A stretch of 63,562 nt of DNA, counting the filler, from Circinaria calcarea (Eukaryota), in NCBI GenBank assembly GCA_051942165.1. It is 16 parts of 16 records of this genome, joined end to end, with 100 filler letters (N's around TTAATTAATTAA, not from the genome) between each part and the next. Parts side by side here need not be neighbours in the genome. Positions count along the whole stretch, not along the records: positions 11,985 to 15,876 come from JAVECS010002568.1; positions 15,977 to 19,863 come from JAVECS010002569.1; positions 19,964 to 23,842 come from JAVECS010002570.1; positions 23,943 to 27,820 come from JAVECS010002571.1; 12 more parts are not named here. One strand, given 5' to 3'. This document shows, in pieces, positions 13,007 through 24,731 of this stretch. The position numbers and the translations under genes were made by a program. The stretch's first letter is position 1, and each line of letters starts with the position of its first letter. A model generated the notes under the pieces. The model worked only from the letters and a program-made list of their open reading frames with translations. It had not been told where the DNA came from and ran no database searches.

Positions 13007-14575
13007 AAAGGGGGGGAAGGAAGTGGGGAAGAAGACACGGGACGGAGGAAGCAGGTGAGTTTCTATTTCTTGTTTTTTGCTTTGTTTTCGCGTTTTTTTT
13101 GGGAAGGGGAGGTATAAGGGTATATATATATGTACAAGAGGCAAATATCTGGAATACTAATGGAAATGAACATCGCTTCTTTTCTGAGCTGTTACCGAAC
13201 TCGCAGTGGGTTGCATGTTGATCATAGGGGATAAACATGATGAGAGGTTAGAATAACAACAGAAGTAGACAACAACCAATCCAATGAGACAATGGAGATG
13301 TAAGCTCGCGATAGCCATCTGCTTACACCTTCAGAGATCTACAGGTAATCTAATATACAGATGAACGGCTCCCGTGCCTTTGTCTAACACCCGACATACA
13401 TCAGGATCTTCGTAGTAGATCTGAATACCCTCAGTGATGGTAAACATGTGACATGTCATACTCGAAAACCAAGGTACATCCTCTGATTGACTAAATTGAA
13501 GGGGACCAAAACCATCGAAACGCCCACAAACGAAAAGCAGATCGCTTGTACGGCGTAGTACTAGTTGGCCTAAGGCCCCATGGCCATTCCGACATAGGAA
13601 GTAAAGTTACGACTGGATCCCCCCATGACGGCCATTGCAATCTGCCGAGGGTATATATGAGAGGACTGATTCAGCTGGCACAGTGGTAGAGAAAGAGGGG
13701 GCAGCAGAAGAAAGAGTACAGAACATATCTCCGTGGCATAGCGTGTGACTGTGGACGGCAGATTGAAAGAGCAGCGAATGATGAAAGGGTTAGGAAGTGC
13801 TGGAAATTAGGAAGCTCGTTGTTCTCGATCCTCAACTGTGCGAGATAAGGCTATGCTCGGATTAAAAGGGGGAAACATCGCAAGAGCCAAGCCTGGGATC
13901 CGGAAGCTCTCTGAATCCCAACTGCAATCTGGATCTTATTCGAGCTGGTTTGATAGCCGTTTGAGAATCTGGTCGGCTTAGACACGGAATTGAAGGTCAG
14001 TCCGAGATCGGAACATATTCAGTCGTAGTATAGAGCTCGAAGTTAAATGGGTGAGACGTGCAAAGATGCTACCCGACGATACAAAGAGGTCCCTGACATA
14101 ATAAACCACAACTCATTCCATAAAGAATGCACGTGGCGGGTAGCTCCAATATGGGCTTCTCCGTATCAACGGTAGCTCATATCCCTTACTTCACATCAAT
14201 CTTTATAGAACCAAAGAATGAGATTACATCCATATATAACCGCCCAGTAAGCTAACACGTAGTTTGTAAGGGGGAAAAGACATCGAGATATCTGCCACGC
14301 GTGTCACGAGCGTCATAGTCAAAACTCCATAGACACTGTACATTACCTGTTCGCCGGAGGAAGGCATGAAGGCTGGGATCCAGTTGATTCTCTTAGTTAC
14401 TAAGTAGTAAGCTGTGCTTAGGAAAGGTAGGTACCGGAGGCCATCTGCATGCTTAAGCAATATTTTCCCATCGCCACCCATCCGTGGCCTTTTCCCGGTC
14501 CAAGTTCAAGCTCCCAACCCACCGACATCCGCCTACTTCACCCGTACTCTGTACTCTGTTTGGTTACGGTATCCA

Positions 14576-15041
14576 TCAAGGCCCATGACCGGCATCTGAA
14601 GTGCCTTGACCCACAACCCCAGGGCCACTACCCAATTTGTTCGGATGGAGAGGACTCCCCGGACTCACATCATGGTTGAAATCGCGAGGGCATCTAGGAC
14701 TAGAACACACTCTCACGTAATAGCCACCGAAATCCTTGTCACCATGGTACGAACATCCATAAGCGGCCTTGATACAAATTTGAGTAGTGCCAAAGTCGCC
14801 ACAGTCGAGATAGCATAGGAGATGTTTGTCGTCGGTGGTCTCCGGGGTATCGGCCGTGTCAGAGGCTTCCTAGACCGGCATGGCGGAGGCTGGTTGGGTC
14901 AAGAGTGTCATGTTGGCGAACAGTAGCGTGGCTATAGGCAAGAAGCAGAGTAAGTCAGTTAGGTAGCGCCAAAAGGGTAACAACCGCGCAGGAGGGAGAC
15001 GACTAGGTAAGATATACACATATGAACAGAAACCAATGCAT
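14576..15041 (-). pseudogene. Small secreted six-cysteine protein with an in-frame TAG; intron 14932-15019
   Basis: Spliced translation MHWFLFISTLLFANMTLLTQPASAMPV*EASDTADTPETTDDKHLLCYLDCGDFGTTQICIKAAYGCSYHGDKDFGGYYVRVCSSPRCPRDF...GHGP*. Has a signal-like N-terminus, a CTAAC/CTGAC branch point and a TATA-like sequence upstream. The donor GTGTAT is non-optimal. Confidence 0.6.
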
Positions 15042-15635
15042 CTTCAGTGACGTTCTGCGGGTTGACGAAGCAGTGGTGAGTTTGTGAATGCCCTTATATC
15101 AGCGTGAGATGAGAGATTGGTTGGATAAGCACTTTTGGATGACGAACGAGGTCGAGGACTCGAGTGGGAGGGTGAGGAAGGATGAAGGAAAAACGTGGGC
15201 ACTGGGTGCTTCTTCTAAAATTGAGAGGCCACCATCCTTGTGGCCAGGGTTGCTCGATGCGGGTCAGCCATCAGCCAGTCCCTGAAATCGGATCCATATA
15301 GAAAATGACTTGAAAAGGTTTACACAATTCTCGGGTAGAAAATAAAGGAAGCTATAAACCATGAGGATCATTAGACGAAGTATTGAAGGTATGGCGGTAA
15401 CTTGATGGATGCCTTTGTTTGTACCCTTATTTGTGTATGCACAAGAAACACGACCTCCCGGCCAATTGACCCCCACCAGAGAGACATCTACTACTCGTAT
15501 CGATTGACCATTGTCGGAAAACCTGATTCCATGTCAGAGAATGAGAACACTCCGTACCTTATCATGCAATCATCACGTACAAGGAAAGGCTAAGGTGGGT
15601 AGATGTGTAAAAAGAAAAGAAATCGCTTCAGAACC

Positions 15636-15876
15636 CTACGCCTCTTTCGCCGCCTTGTCCATTGCCTTTGCCGTGTACTCAACGTTCCCCGTGTTCAAGC
15701 CTGCCATACTAATTCTCCCATTCTTCGTCATGTATACATGTGCGTCTTCCCTCAGCTTCAATACTTGCTTCTCTGTCAGACCCGTGAAGGTGAACATGCC
15801 AATCTGCTCTGTGATGTGCTTCCAGCTCCCCGGCTGGCCGTTCAGTTTCTCCAGATTATACCTCAGGGCCATCCTC
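15636..15876 (-). CDS. AAT2: Aspartate aminotransferase (cytosolic type), C-terminal fragment
   Basis: PGSWKHITEQIGMFTFTGL...HVYMTKNGRISMAGLNTGNVEY. Confidence 0.9.
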
Positions 15877-16897
15877 NNNNNNNNNNNNNNNNNNNNNNNN
15901 NNNNNNNNNNNNNNNNNNNNTTAATTAATTAANNNNNNNNNNNNNNNNNNNNNNNNNNNNNNNNNNNNNNNNNNNNGAAAGATGGAGATTAACAAGAGAA
16001 GGAGAAACGGAAACGAGGACGACAAGAAAAACGGAAAAAGCGAGGGGCGAGGAGAACAAACATAAGGGAGGAGACTTCTGGAGGGATTTGGGGCGCATCG
16101 AGCCCCGGCCAAAAAGATGGGTGAAATGAGGGTTGTGAGCATGTCCAGAATCAGGGGCTGACCGCGCTAATCAGGCTTTGCAACACGTTTCGGATCTTAG
16201 CCGAAGTCCTTTCAACTCGTCTAATAAGACCTTTGTTTGGGCTCCTGTACTCCGTAAGCACTGACTACTAGATACGGAGTAGGATGTAAATGATCAGACT
16301 GTTTCGTGCAGGTGCTTCATCTTACCAGCATTAGCTGTGCATCATTCTACCCATATATCATGAGGATAGGAATCAACCCGGAGATTAAGGAGAAAAAATC
16401 CGCCACAAAATCTTCTGATACCTAAGATAGGGTCAGTAGTCTGCCGGTTAGCCACGAGACCTTGACCGAGCTGCCCGCCAATAAGATGCCCCTCACCCCG
16501 GCCCAGATGCAAGCCCCCACGTGTTCCGTGCCGCGTGCCTGGCAGCCTTCCCAAGTAGTTCCCAGGTAGTCCCCGTGAGTCGTGACCTCTGTTTGCACCG
16601 CTAAGCATTTTCGGGTTCAAACAAGGATTTGCGCCCTTGCGCCTTGGCGAATCAAGTCCTCCCCGCGAATGTCATTTTGCTTCTTGCATCAAAGAGGCTG
16701 TTATCTTCTGCAGGTTGGCGTCAGACGATGCGCCTTGACGCCGCCTTTCGGCCCTCTACGCTGAATGTGGAATCGGGGTTCAAAGGCCCAGCTGATGGGT
16801 ATTCTAGGTGCAATTGATCCGACACCGAGAACACCACTGGCAACTGCTTGCATTTGCATGTATATTGCGTTTAGTAAACCATTGACAGTTTAGAAGA

Positions 16898-18663
16898 CTA
16901 GGATGGCTGCGGTACTTGAATAAAAGGCCGGAGACCCCTTAACTGGTCTTTGGCGTACTCGATCTCTTTGTCTGTCTTGCAGGCAACGAGCCGGAGGTAG
17001 TTTCTGGCTAATTCAGCGTGTTCATCGCAATAAAAGGCTGGATAAACTTAGGCAAATTAGTTGGTGGTCCACAGCGTATAGCCTCCGCGCGCATAGAATG
17101 AAACCAATAAGCAGAGTCAAAGAACGTACCACTATCAGGGATTGTATTAGCCCCAATTTCTTGAATCAGGAAGCAGCATAGTTTCCAATCCCAGGGTTTG
17201 TCGGCAACGCCCGGTGGAAACAGAAAGCTTGCTGGAACACGGATTTTTCGGGTGTTGACGAAAATGAAGTAGGCGCCTGAAGGCTTCACGTACTGCAGTA
17301 TCATTAAGCGGATGTGGGATCGCTTCGAGACTATCGCCTTACTGGTAAGCCAAGCTCCTCGAGAAGCTCGCATATACTATCGAGTTTCCCTTTCATCTCG
17401 CGCCTATTCATGTCCCAAAAGCCTCTTCTCTCTACCTCCATCAAACCAATAGCGGCAGCTTCTTGGGGTGGCTCAGGTGTGGTACAAGAATGGATGATGT
17501 GTGCGTTCTGAACATGTTTGACAAGACATTTGTCGCCAATTAGATAGCCGACTCTCCAGCCAGTTGCACTGAAGGCTTTACCAACTGAGCCTACTATCGA
17601 TGTTAGTTGCCTAATAGCTGGTTCCGAGATTGCAATACGTGCGGAAGCGGGCTCGTAGTGAAGATGCTTATACACTTCGTCCGAAAGGATCGGAATACCG
17701 TGTTTAACGCAAACTTTGCCGATTGAAAGTAATTCTTCAGCCGAAAAGACCTTTCCGAGAGGATTGTATCTGAGTTCTATTAGTAGTGAAACACATTACA
17801 AAAAGCCACCAGGCGGGCCGAATACGGATTATTCAGATTCTAAATACGGAATCAGAATTTAGCGTTCACTTCATAAGGTTGGAATAGAAGTGGATAGGGA
17901 ACTGACCAGCATGTTCGTTTTAGACGTGATGTTGCTTTCTAGCTCCAGGAGATCTAAAGTCTGATCGTTTGCTAGTATTGTACTCACGCGCTCGGTAGAT
18001 AGTGGGTGCAACGGCACATATCTTACCACGCCGCCAACGAACTTGATGTATAGTTCATACCTAGAAAGGTTAGCGACTCATCCCATATCTCAGCAAGAGT
18101 TTACAGGGAATACATATTAAAAGCCGGTTCGATTACAGTAACCTAGTCACCAGCCTCTATGAATGCCACTACAGCACTCAAGATAGCTTCACTTCCTTCC
18201 TTATGGATAGAATTCTCTTGACTGGGATCAATCGATCTGCCATAGATTAGAGAATAAGTTTCGGATAAGGCTTGCGTAAACCTTGGCACACCCTGGATAT
18301 TCATCAGTGGGGCATTATTCGTTCGGGAAGGAGATGCTGACACCGGGTGGACCATACTGGTTACATTCGGGTGGATCAGAGCGATTTTTATGGGTATCTA
18401 TCAGAGGTTGAGGAGGATTGAACTCTCTGTTTACGTGGGATAAATTCTTAATCTATTCAGCGATGGGAACCTATTCTTACATAAGCCCTAGACCGAGGTT
18501 CGTTCTGAGCTGAATAGATAACACTCAAAGACGAAGAAGCAACCCACTCCCTATTTCCAACCAGCTAGGTTTCTACCCTCCATGGTATGTTAGCTGAGCA
18601 GAGCGGCGTATACCTGACATTACCGACGAGTGCATCCAGCCTCTTCGCAGGATATGGATGCAT
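16898..18663 (-). pseudogene. Class I PLP-dependent aminotransferase (kynurenine aminotransferase/BNA3-like), multi-exon, probably pseudogenised
   Basis: Motifs: NQYGPP, GD*VTVIEPAFN, NNP.NPLGKVFS, ILSDEVY, SVGKAFSATGWRVGY, PSGAYFIFVN, YLRL..CK. In-frame TAG at 18143-18145, and the ITTGANEG motif is degenerate. Confidence 0.8.
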
Positions 18664-18899
18664 GGAAACCGGCGTGGCAAAACCCTTGGTAGAATGTATA
18701 AAGAATAAAAGGATTACTTACGGTAGGACTGGAGAAGGTAAAGTGTAGGAGCTATAGATATAAAATCTTATATCTCCGAATGTTCGACTTCTTTAACCTT
18801 TTCGAGGCCGAGGAAGTAGCTGTAGCGTATGCAAGCACTAGAACAGATATTGTGCATAAAATTCCTAAAGAAATCCGTTCTTTTATGCCAGTCTTAACC

Positions 18900-19088
18900 C
18901 TAAAAACGGTAGAGCTTCCTCCGAGTTTTTCTCGCAGCTGTTGTCGGTTCATGAGAGTTGAGGCTGGGGAGACTTGCTGTCAGAGTAGGATAGCCAACTG
19001 CCGGGAGATGTGTTTTGAGATCGTCGTAACAGGATGAGGGATGCCAAGCACCGGGCACAACAACGAACCTTGGTTCGGAGGTGGTCAT
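18900..19088 (-). pseudogene. Alpha/beta-hydrolase (Abhydrolase_6-like) N-terminal fragment
   Basis: MTTSEPRFVVVPGAWHPSSCYDDLKTHLPAVGY....SLPS; homology is lost before the nucleophile GxSxG/HSYGG motif. Confidence 0.7.
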
Positions 19089-19474
19089 TTGCTTTTTGGA
19101 TAGCAGTAATGTTTCGAAAAAGGGACCATTTCTGCGTTGGCACGCGCTTGACAAAGAGTTAGGAACTCTGAATTACCCCCAACCGTAGTTACTGACCCTT
19201 TCAGCCTAGAGGCCACCAGCACTGGAAGGTTCCCACAAATTTAGAGGTCAACGTTTAGCGAGTAATTTAACGGTTGGGGCTGCTAACTTCATTTGTCAGC
19301 CGCATGAGCGGGTAGGATAGAAGCCGCTCCGATGAAGCGAATAATTAGAGGCTTCAGTTCCCGAGGGACTTCTTAATATGCCAAAGCAAATGCTTGAGGG
19401 CTAGCCTAGATCTTTTTAATATTTTCTCGGTTCAGCTGAATGATTTCTCATCTCAAGTAACGCACAGTCCGCAG

Positions 19475-19863
19475 ATGTTACGATCCATCCAATTTCCGGT
19501 GCGCACTGGGCGCTATTCTCTCCTTCCCGATACCAACCATGACGAGAAGAACGAGGACTTGAGTCCCACCATTCTCGCAGTCCCCGAGCGGTCGCGATAT
19601 CGATTCATTGTTTCAACAGGCGTGATCCTTCTTTGTCTTGCTTGTGGCTTCATAGGCGGCACACTTTTTCAAAAACATAGGCATCCTTCGACATCGCAAC
19701 AATTTTCAACGCAGCCTTCGTCACCTTGCAAAGCGCCGGCCATTCGTCGAGAATGGCGCACTTTGAGCAAGTCCGAAAAAAGTAAGTACATCGCGGCTGT
19801 CCAGTGTCTTCGGTCTACGCCCTCCACACTGGATCCTAACCAGACACTATACGATGATTTCCC
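19475..19863 (+). CDS. Tyrosinase / di-copper-centre protein with N-terminal membrane anchor (UstQ/PhomQ-like), 3' truncated
   Basis: TM segment FIVSTGVILLCLACGFIGGTLF, followed by C..PAIRREWRTLS..EK..YI.AVQCL..TPS.L.....LYDDF. Confidence 0.8.
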
Positions 19864-19963
19864 NNNNNNNNNNNNNNNNNNNNNNNNNNNNNNNNNNNNN
19901 NNNNNNNTTAATTAATTAANNNNNNNNNNNNNNNNNNNNNNNNNNNNNNNNNNNNNNNNNNNN

Positions 19964-20999
19964 GCTAAAGGAATACGCGAATGCGGCCAAAAGGCCTACG
20001 GAAGCAGATCCTCTTGATGATGATGAGCACGTCGCCCAACGTTGCAATACATTACTTCGGGCAGGTGTCGTGCCTTTCCTAATAAGTCTTCACAGAAGTT
20101 TTAGCTCAAACCAAGCATCCCAGGCATCATTGGGTCTTATTGCGGGTATCCTACTTTCCTTGTCAAAGCCTACCGCATCTCGTGGGATCATTGCCCAGCA
20201 AGGTGGCATTCCTTTGTTACTACAAATTTTCAGACAGATCAGTTCCGGTCCCGAATCTCATAGTGTTCGACGAACCACAGGGCATGCCTTGGCACGTATT
20301 CTGATATCAGTTGACCCGAAGCTTGCGTTCGGTTCCCGTTCTCCCGCTTCAGCAACTCCAATTCTCTTGTCACTTCTTACTGATGACGATTCCGACGTAT
20401 CGCAGGGCCCTCGTGATCTACTGCCGGTTTTTGAAGGCCTGCTTGCATTGACCAATATCGTGTCAGACCCTTCTCTCGGCACAGGGGCTGAAGTCGTCCG
20501 ATCATCCTTTGAAAAGATTGAAGGTCTACTTCTAAGCAATAATACGCTAATCCAGCGTGCTACCACTGAGCTCGTCTGCAATCTAATGACGTGTCCTGAA
20601 GGTGCCGAGAAGTTCGCTGACGGCTCCAAAGCCGCGGCCAGGAGACTCCACATACTCGTTGCTCTGACAGATGTGGAGGACGTAGACACTCGACGAGCTG
20701 CAGGCGGTGCACTTGCCATGGTCACAGAGTTCGAAACAGCTGCGAGGGCCATCGAGGATAGGGAAAGGGGCCTGGAGCTCCTACTACGCTTATGTCAGGA
20801 TGAGGACAGTGGATGCATTCATCGTGGTCTAATATGCATCCAAAATATTGTCATGGCGAATGGGGATACTGGGAAGAGAGGCCGAGAGGCGATAAACGTT
20901 CTAGATGGAGTAGGCATTCTGAAGGAAGTGCTCCACTCGTCGAATGACCAGACCATCCTAGAATGTGGTGTTGCGGTATTGAAGGCACTGATGGCATGA
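19964..20999 (+). CDS. UCS-domain myosin chaperone (She4/CRO1/Rng3/UNC-45), C-terminal part
   Basis: Motifs: DPLDDDEHV..RC, RGIIAQQGG, HALARILISVDP, FEGLLALTN, LLSNNTLIQRATTELVCNL, TRRAAGGALAM, HRGLIC. Confidence 0.9.
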
Positions 21000-21572
21000 T
21001 TATTCGGTACGTAACGAACTAGAAAGATAACGAATTAAACGAAATGCTTCTGAATGAACCGGTTTACCTATGATGTGTCCATCTAACCTACACTGTATCG
21101 ATTCCTCTAATGCTGTTGGATGCCAGCATATTACCTCAATAACTTTACATGGATGTCAATACGGCCGATGATTGGAACACGCACGATTGAGGCTGCTGAA
21201 ACTCTATTGACAGCAAAAGAGGCTCGGAAACCTCTTTTAGGGGTTTAACATCGCTGCCTTCCTGATACCTTCAAACTTTGCTTTTCAAGTGTGGCAAGTA
21301 CTGACCAGAAGGATTGGAAAGGTACCAGAAGTTATCCATGATCTAACATCTTCTCAGCCTCCAAAGGAAACGATGTCGCATGAGCTCTACGCTAGAGAAG
21401 AAGACACCCAAACAATTAACAACCCCAAAAAGCCACTGGCAAACAAAAGCAATTCTAATCAATTAACAAGTCCCAAATACGACCAATCTCAAGCGGAACA
21501 CTATTCTCAGTCTCCGCTCAGAATTCCCCATCCTTCCCATCATAGCTTCTTGCCCTATCCCCATACTCCTCC

Positions 21573-22949
21573 CTAATTCTCCAATAATCTTCCGTTCCAG
21601 TTCGCCCATGTCCATGTCACCATCTCGGCCTTCTTCCTCTCCACTTCCGCCTTCTTCACTTCTACTTCCACCTGCTTCATCTCAACTTCCTTCTTCACCT
21701 CCACTTTCCCCACCTCTCCCACTTGCTTTCCCGTCGATACATCCCTCGAGACATGTCTTAATTCGACATTCTCCAACAATCTTCCACCCCAGTTGGCCCA
21801 TGTAATGGGCGCAGGAGGGGCCTTTGGCTTAGGAACAGCTTCCATCACCTCGATCTTAGCTTGCTCTTGCTCGGCCTTGATTTCCTCTTGTTGGGGTTTG
21901 ACTTCACCCTTGGGGCTTTCTACCTCCCGGGTTTTAGCACCGGACATCGCTCCGTCGGTACTCTCGTCGCCGGTGGGGTTGCTGTCGAAGATGGCTTCGT
22001 CTCCGATGGTGGTTTTCCCTTCCTCCTCGGTCAACTCCTCTTCATTCCACTCCTCTTCGTCATACTCCTCCTCGTTATATTCTTCTTCTCCCCACTCTTC
22101 GTCGTCATACAGGTCGTCATCGTGAGTCTCATCGGCACAAGACTCTCCTCTTTCCCCACAGCACCCCACGTTCTCTTCTGTTGTCCCTATCCCCATAATC
22201 CCCAAGACCTCTCCGCTCCTTCCATTCACCGCCTTTAGGCATCTCTGGAAGTGACTCCCGTGATACTTGTCGGGTCCTTCCGACCACATCCAAACTCTCA
22301 AGTTCGCACTCGTCACCAGCCGCAAATACGCATGACACATTTCATGCAGTAGCGTCCCCCACATCTCCTCCCACCGGGAGTGTTCGCGCATCTCCCCCTT
22401 GTGATCGGCGTGTGTTGCTAACGGGTTCAGGAAATGTAACGTTGCGTTGAGATAGATATGCGTCTGGATCACCTGCCGTGTCTTCAGATCGTCGATGAAC
22501 CACCCGGAATAATCTGTCGTGCCCCACTTGTCTCCAACGCCCGGGAAGAGGGCCTGGAGCTCCTCCTCCTTCTTCCAACGAACGCTGCATCGACCCCGGA
22601 GGCGTCCGTCAAACAGCGCGTCATCCAGGTCTTCGAACACCTTGTAGACGATGTCCGGGCCCCAGTCGTCCCCGAGGGTTTGGAGGCAGGAGAGGCGAGT
22701 CAACGCCTCGAGAGCCTCGGGGCCGTAGCATGGCCAGACGGGGTAGCTGAAGGCTTCGAGATGGGCGGTGGCGGCCTCGAGGACGGGGTCCCATCGGGGG
22801 GCGTGCTGGGCGAGGCTGGTGAGGGAGGGACCGTCATAGATGGCGGAAAGGGAGGCATGGGTGGTGTTCGGCCCTTTGGGGTACCTGGTGCCGGTTTCAA
22901 GGGAGGGCGGAAGGAGAGCGGCGTTGTATAACGCGGTTGCGGGAGACAT
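21573..22949 (-). CDS. SprT-like zinc metalloprotease-domain protein with an acidic/charged tail
   Basis: F..LDDALFDGRLRG...V.W, WGTT, GTLLHEMCHAYL (HExxH), YHGSHFQ; intronless ORF, first ATG at 22949. Confidence 0.8.
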   Translation of the reverse strand: MSPATALYNAALLPPSLETGTRYPKGPNTTHASLSAIYDGPSLTSLAQHAPRWDPVLEAATAHLEAFSYPVWPCYGPEALEALTRLSCLQTLGDDWGPDIVYKVFEDLDDALFDGRLRGRCSVRWKKEEELQALFPGVGDKWGTTDYSGWFIDDLKTRQVIQTHIYLNATLHFLNPLATHADHKGEMREHSRWEEMWGTLLHEMCHAYLRLVTSANLRVWMWSEGPDKYHGSHFQRCLKAVNGRSGEVLGIMGIGTTEENVGCCGERGESCADETHDDDLYDDEEWGEEEYNEEEYDEEEWNEEELTEEEGKTTIGDEAIFDSNPTGDESTDGAMSGAKTREVESPKGEVKPQQEEIKAEQEQAKIEVMEAVPKPKAPPAPITWANWGGRLLENVELRHVSRDVSTGKQVGEVGKVEVKKEVEMKQVEVEVKKAEVERKKAEMVTWTWANWNGRLLEN

Positions 22950-24731
22950 GGTTGTGATGGCGAGACGAGCGAGTAAGGTAACAAATAGCAAAAGGTAAAG
23001 AGGGAAAGGGTGTCGGTATGCTATTTGTGTTGGGTACGGAAGCGAAAAAGGTGTTGAGCAGCGAGAATGCAGGGGAGGTAGCCAATGGCTCGAAAAGGGG
23101 GGGGTTTAGAAAGCGAGTTTAGGAGAAAGAATTCGGTTCAGAAAGGCTTCAGGCGATAAGGGGGCAGATGCCGCGGTATTGAGATGTGTGAAGAACTGAA
23201 CGAAACCTTTGGCTTGGGGGAAGGAAAATGAGGATGGAGAGGGCTTCGGGGGGGGGGATTGAGATTGAGACTGGGAGACTGGGAGACTGGAGTCTAGAAG
23301 CGCTGTGCGTATGGGGGAGTCTTCCTACTGCTTTCGCCAAAGGCGGAGAATCGTGCTCTCCCCTTTCCCTACTCAACACCAAAATGATAAAAAGTATTTT
23401 AGATTTAGGTTTAGGTTTCCACGCAATTGAAACTCGTTAAGGCTCCCTAACGCGCGCGCTCTGGCATATGCCCTTCTCTAAATCTGGGGGTGAGAGAGAG
23501 AGGAGGGATCTGGGATTTGAGGTTTGGGAGAGGAGGAGGTATCTATCATATATACCGTCCTATCTTTCTAGGCAGCGGCATAGGTATGATTGTAGAACGT
23601 AGACGTTGGCAGAGGGAGAAGATACAAGTTACGAAACTAGCTCTTCTATTCTCGGGTTGAATGCGAAGAAGGTATTCGAGAATGTTTATTCCATTTCGAA
23701 AAAAAAATTTCAAGCAAGGAGCGCTGCTCTTCATCACTACTCGAGATGACTGGCCGATTCCCCACTCCTTTCACCATTCCTTCACCATTCATTAACCCAT
23801 TCACCCCATTCCTCTCCCTTTCCCTTCCCCACCCCCCGGCTCNNNNNNNNNNNNNNNNNNNNNNNNNNNNNNNNNNNNNNNNNNNNTTAATTAATTAANN
23901 NNNNNNNNNNNNNNNNNNNNNNNNNNNNNNNNNNNNNNNNNNGCCCCTTTGGCCCTAGTGGGATCCCGCCATCATCAAGGTAGAGTACCTTGTATCTCCA
24001 CCGCCTTGCCTTAACGCCCACCCCACTTCCAACACCACCAGTCACCTATAAACCAGCAACCTACGAATTCACTCGGGATCATTCTGGAGGCAACAGCTCG
24101 ATCGAGTGTTCTTAAGGTTACCTTACCCCGAGAAATCGCTCCATTTTACTTCCAGCTAGTTCCGTGGTACGTATTACCTAGTGAGCGGCATACCAGGCAC
24201 CAGGTATACACCTTGCAAGAGCTGTATGGTGGAAAATTACGTCCTTCTTCGAGCACCTACGGCTTCTAGGTAGATTCTTCGGTACCGAATCGAATCGACA
24301 TCGGCGGACTTTCCGCTGCCTTCGTCCTGGCAGACGAAGCCCCCCGAGATACATATACCCCAATCATTCCCGACCACCCAGCCACTTCGACCATCCCCAA
24401 CCCTTCTATTACCCCAGCCAGCTCTACCTCACTAGACATTCATATACAAGCAGTTCAACGTTTAGCCTTTTCAGACGAAATCTCCGAGCGGATTCCTACA
24501 CCGAGTAACCTGCAAAGGCCTCCTACTCCTACTATACCACTCAACCCTCACACACGGCCGCGTCGACGACGTCGCAGCCCCTCGCCGAGATCCCCAGGAG
24601 CAGACGGTGGTGCGGGAACTGAAAGGCCCTGTGTCACAGCCGAGGAGGAGACGCATCTACAAGGAGATACTGCGGGAGATAATTTGGGTTCCCGAAGAGA
24701 AGGGCCATCTTCGCCTAAGCGGCAACGCCTT

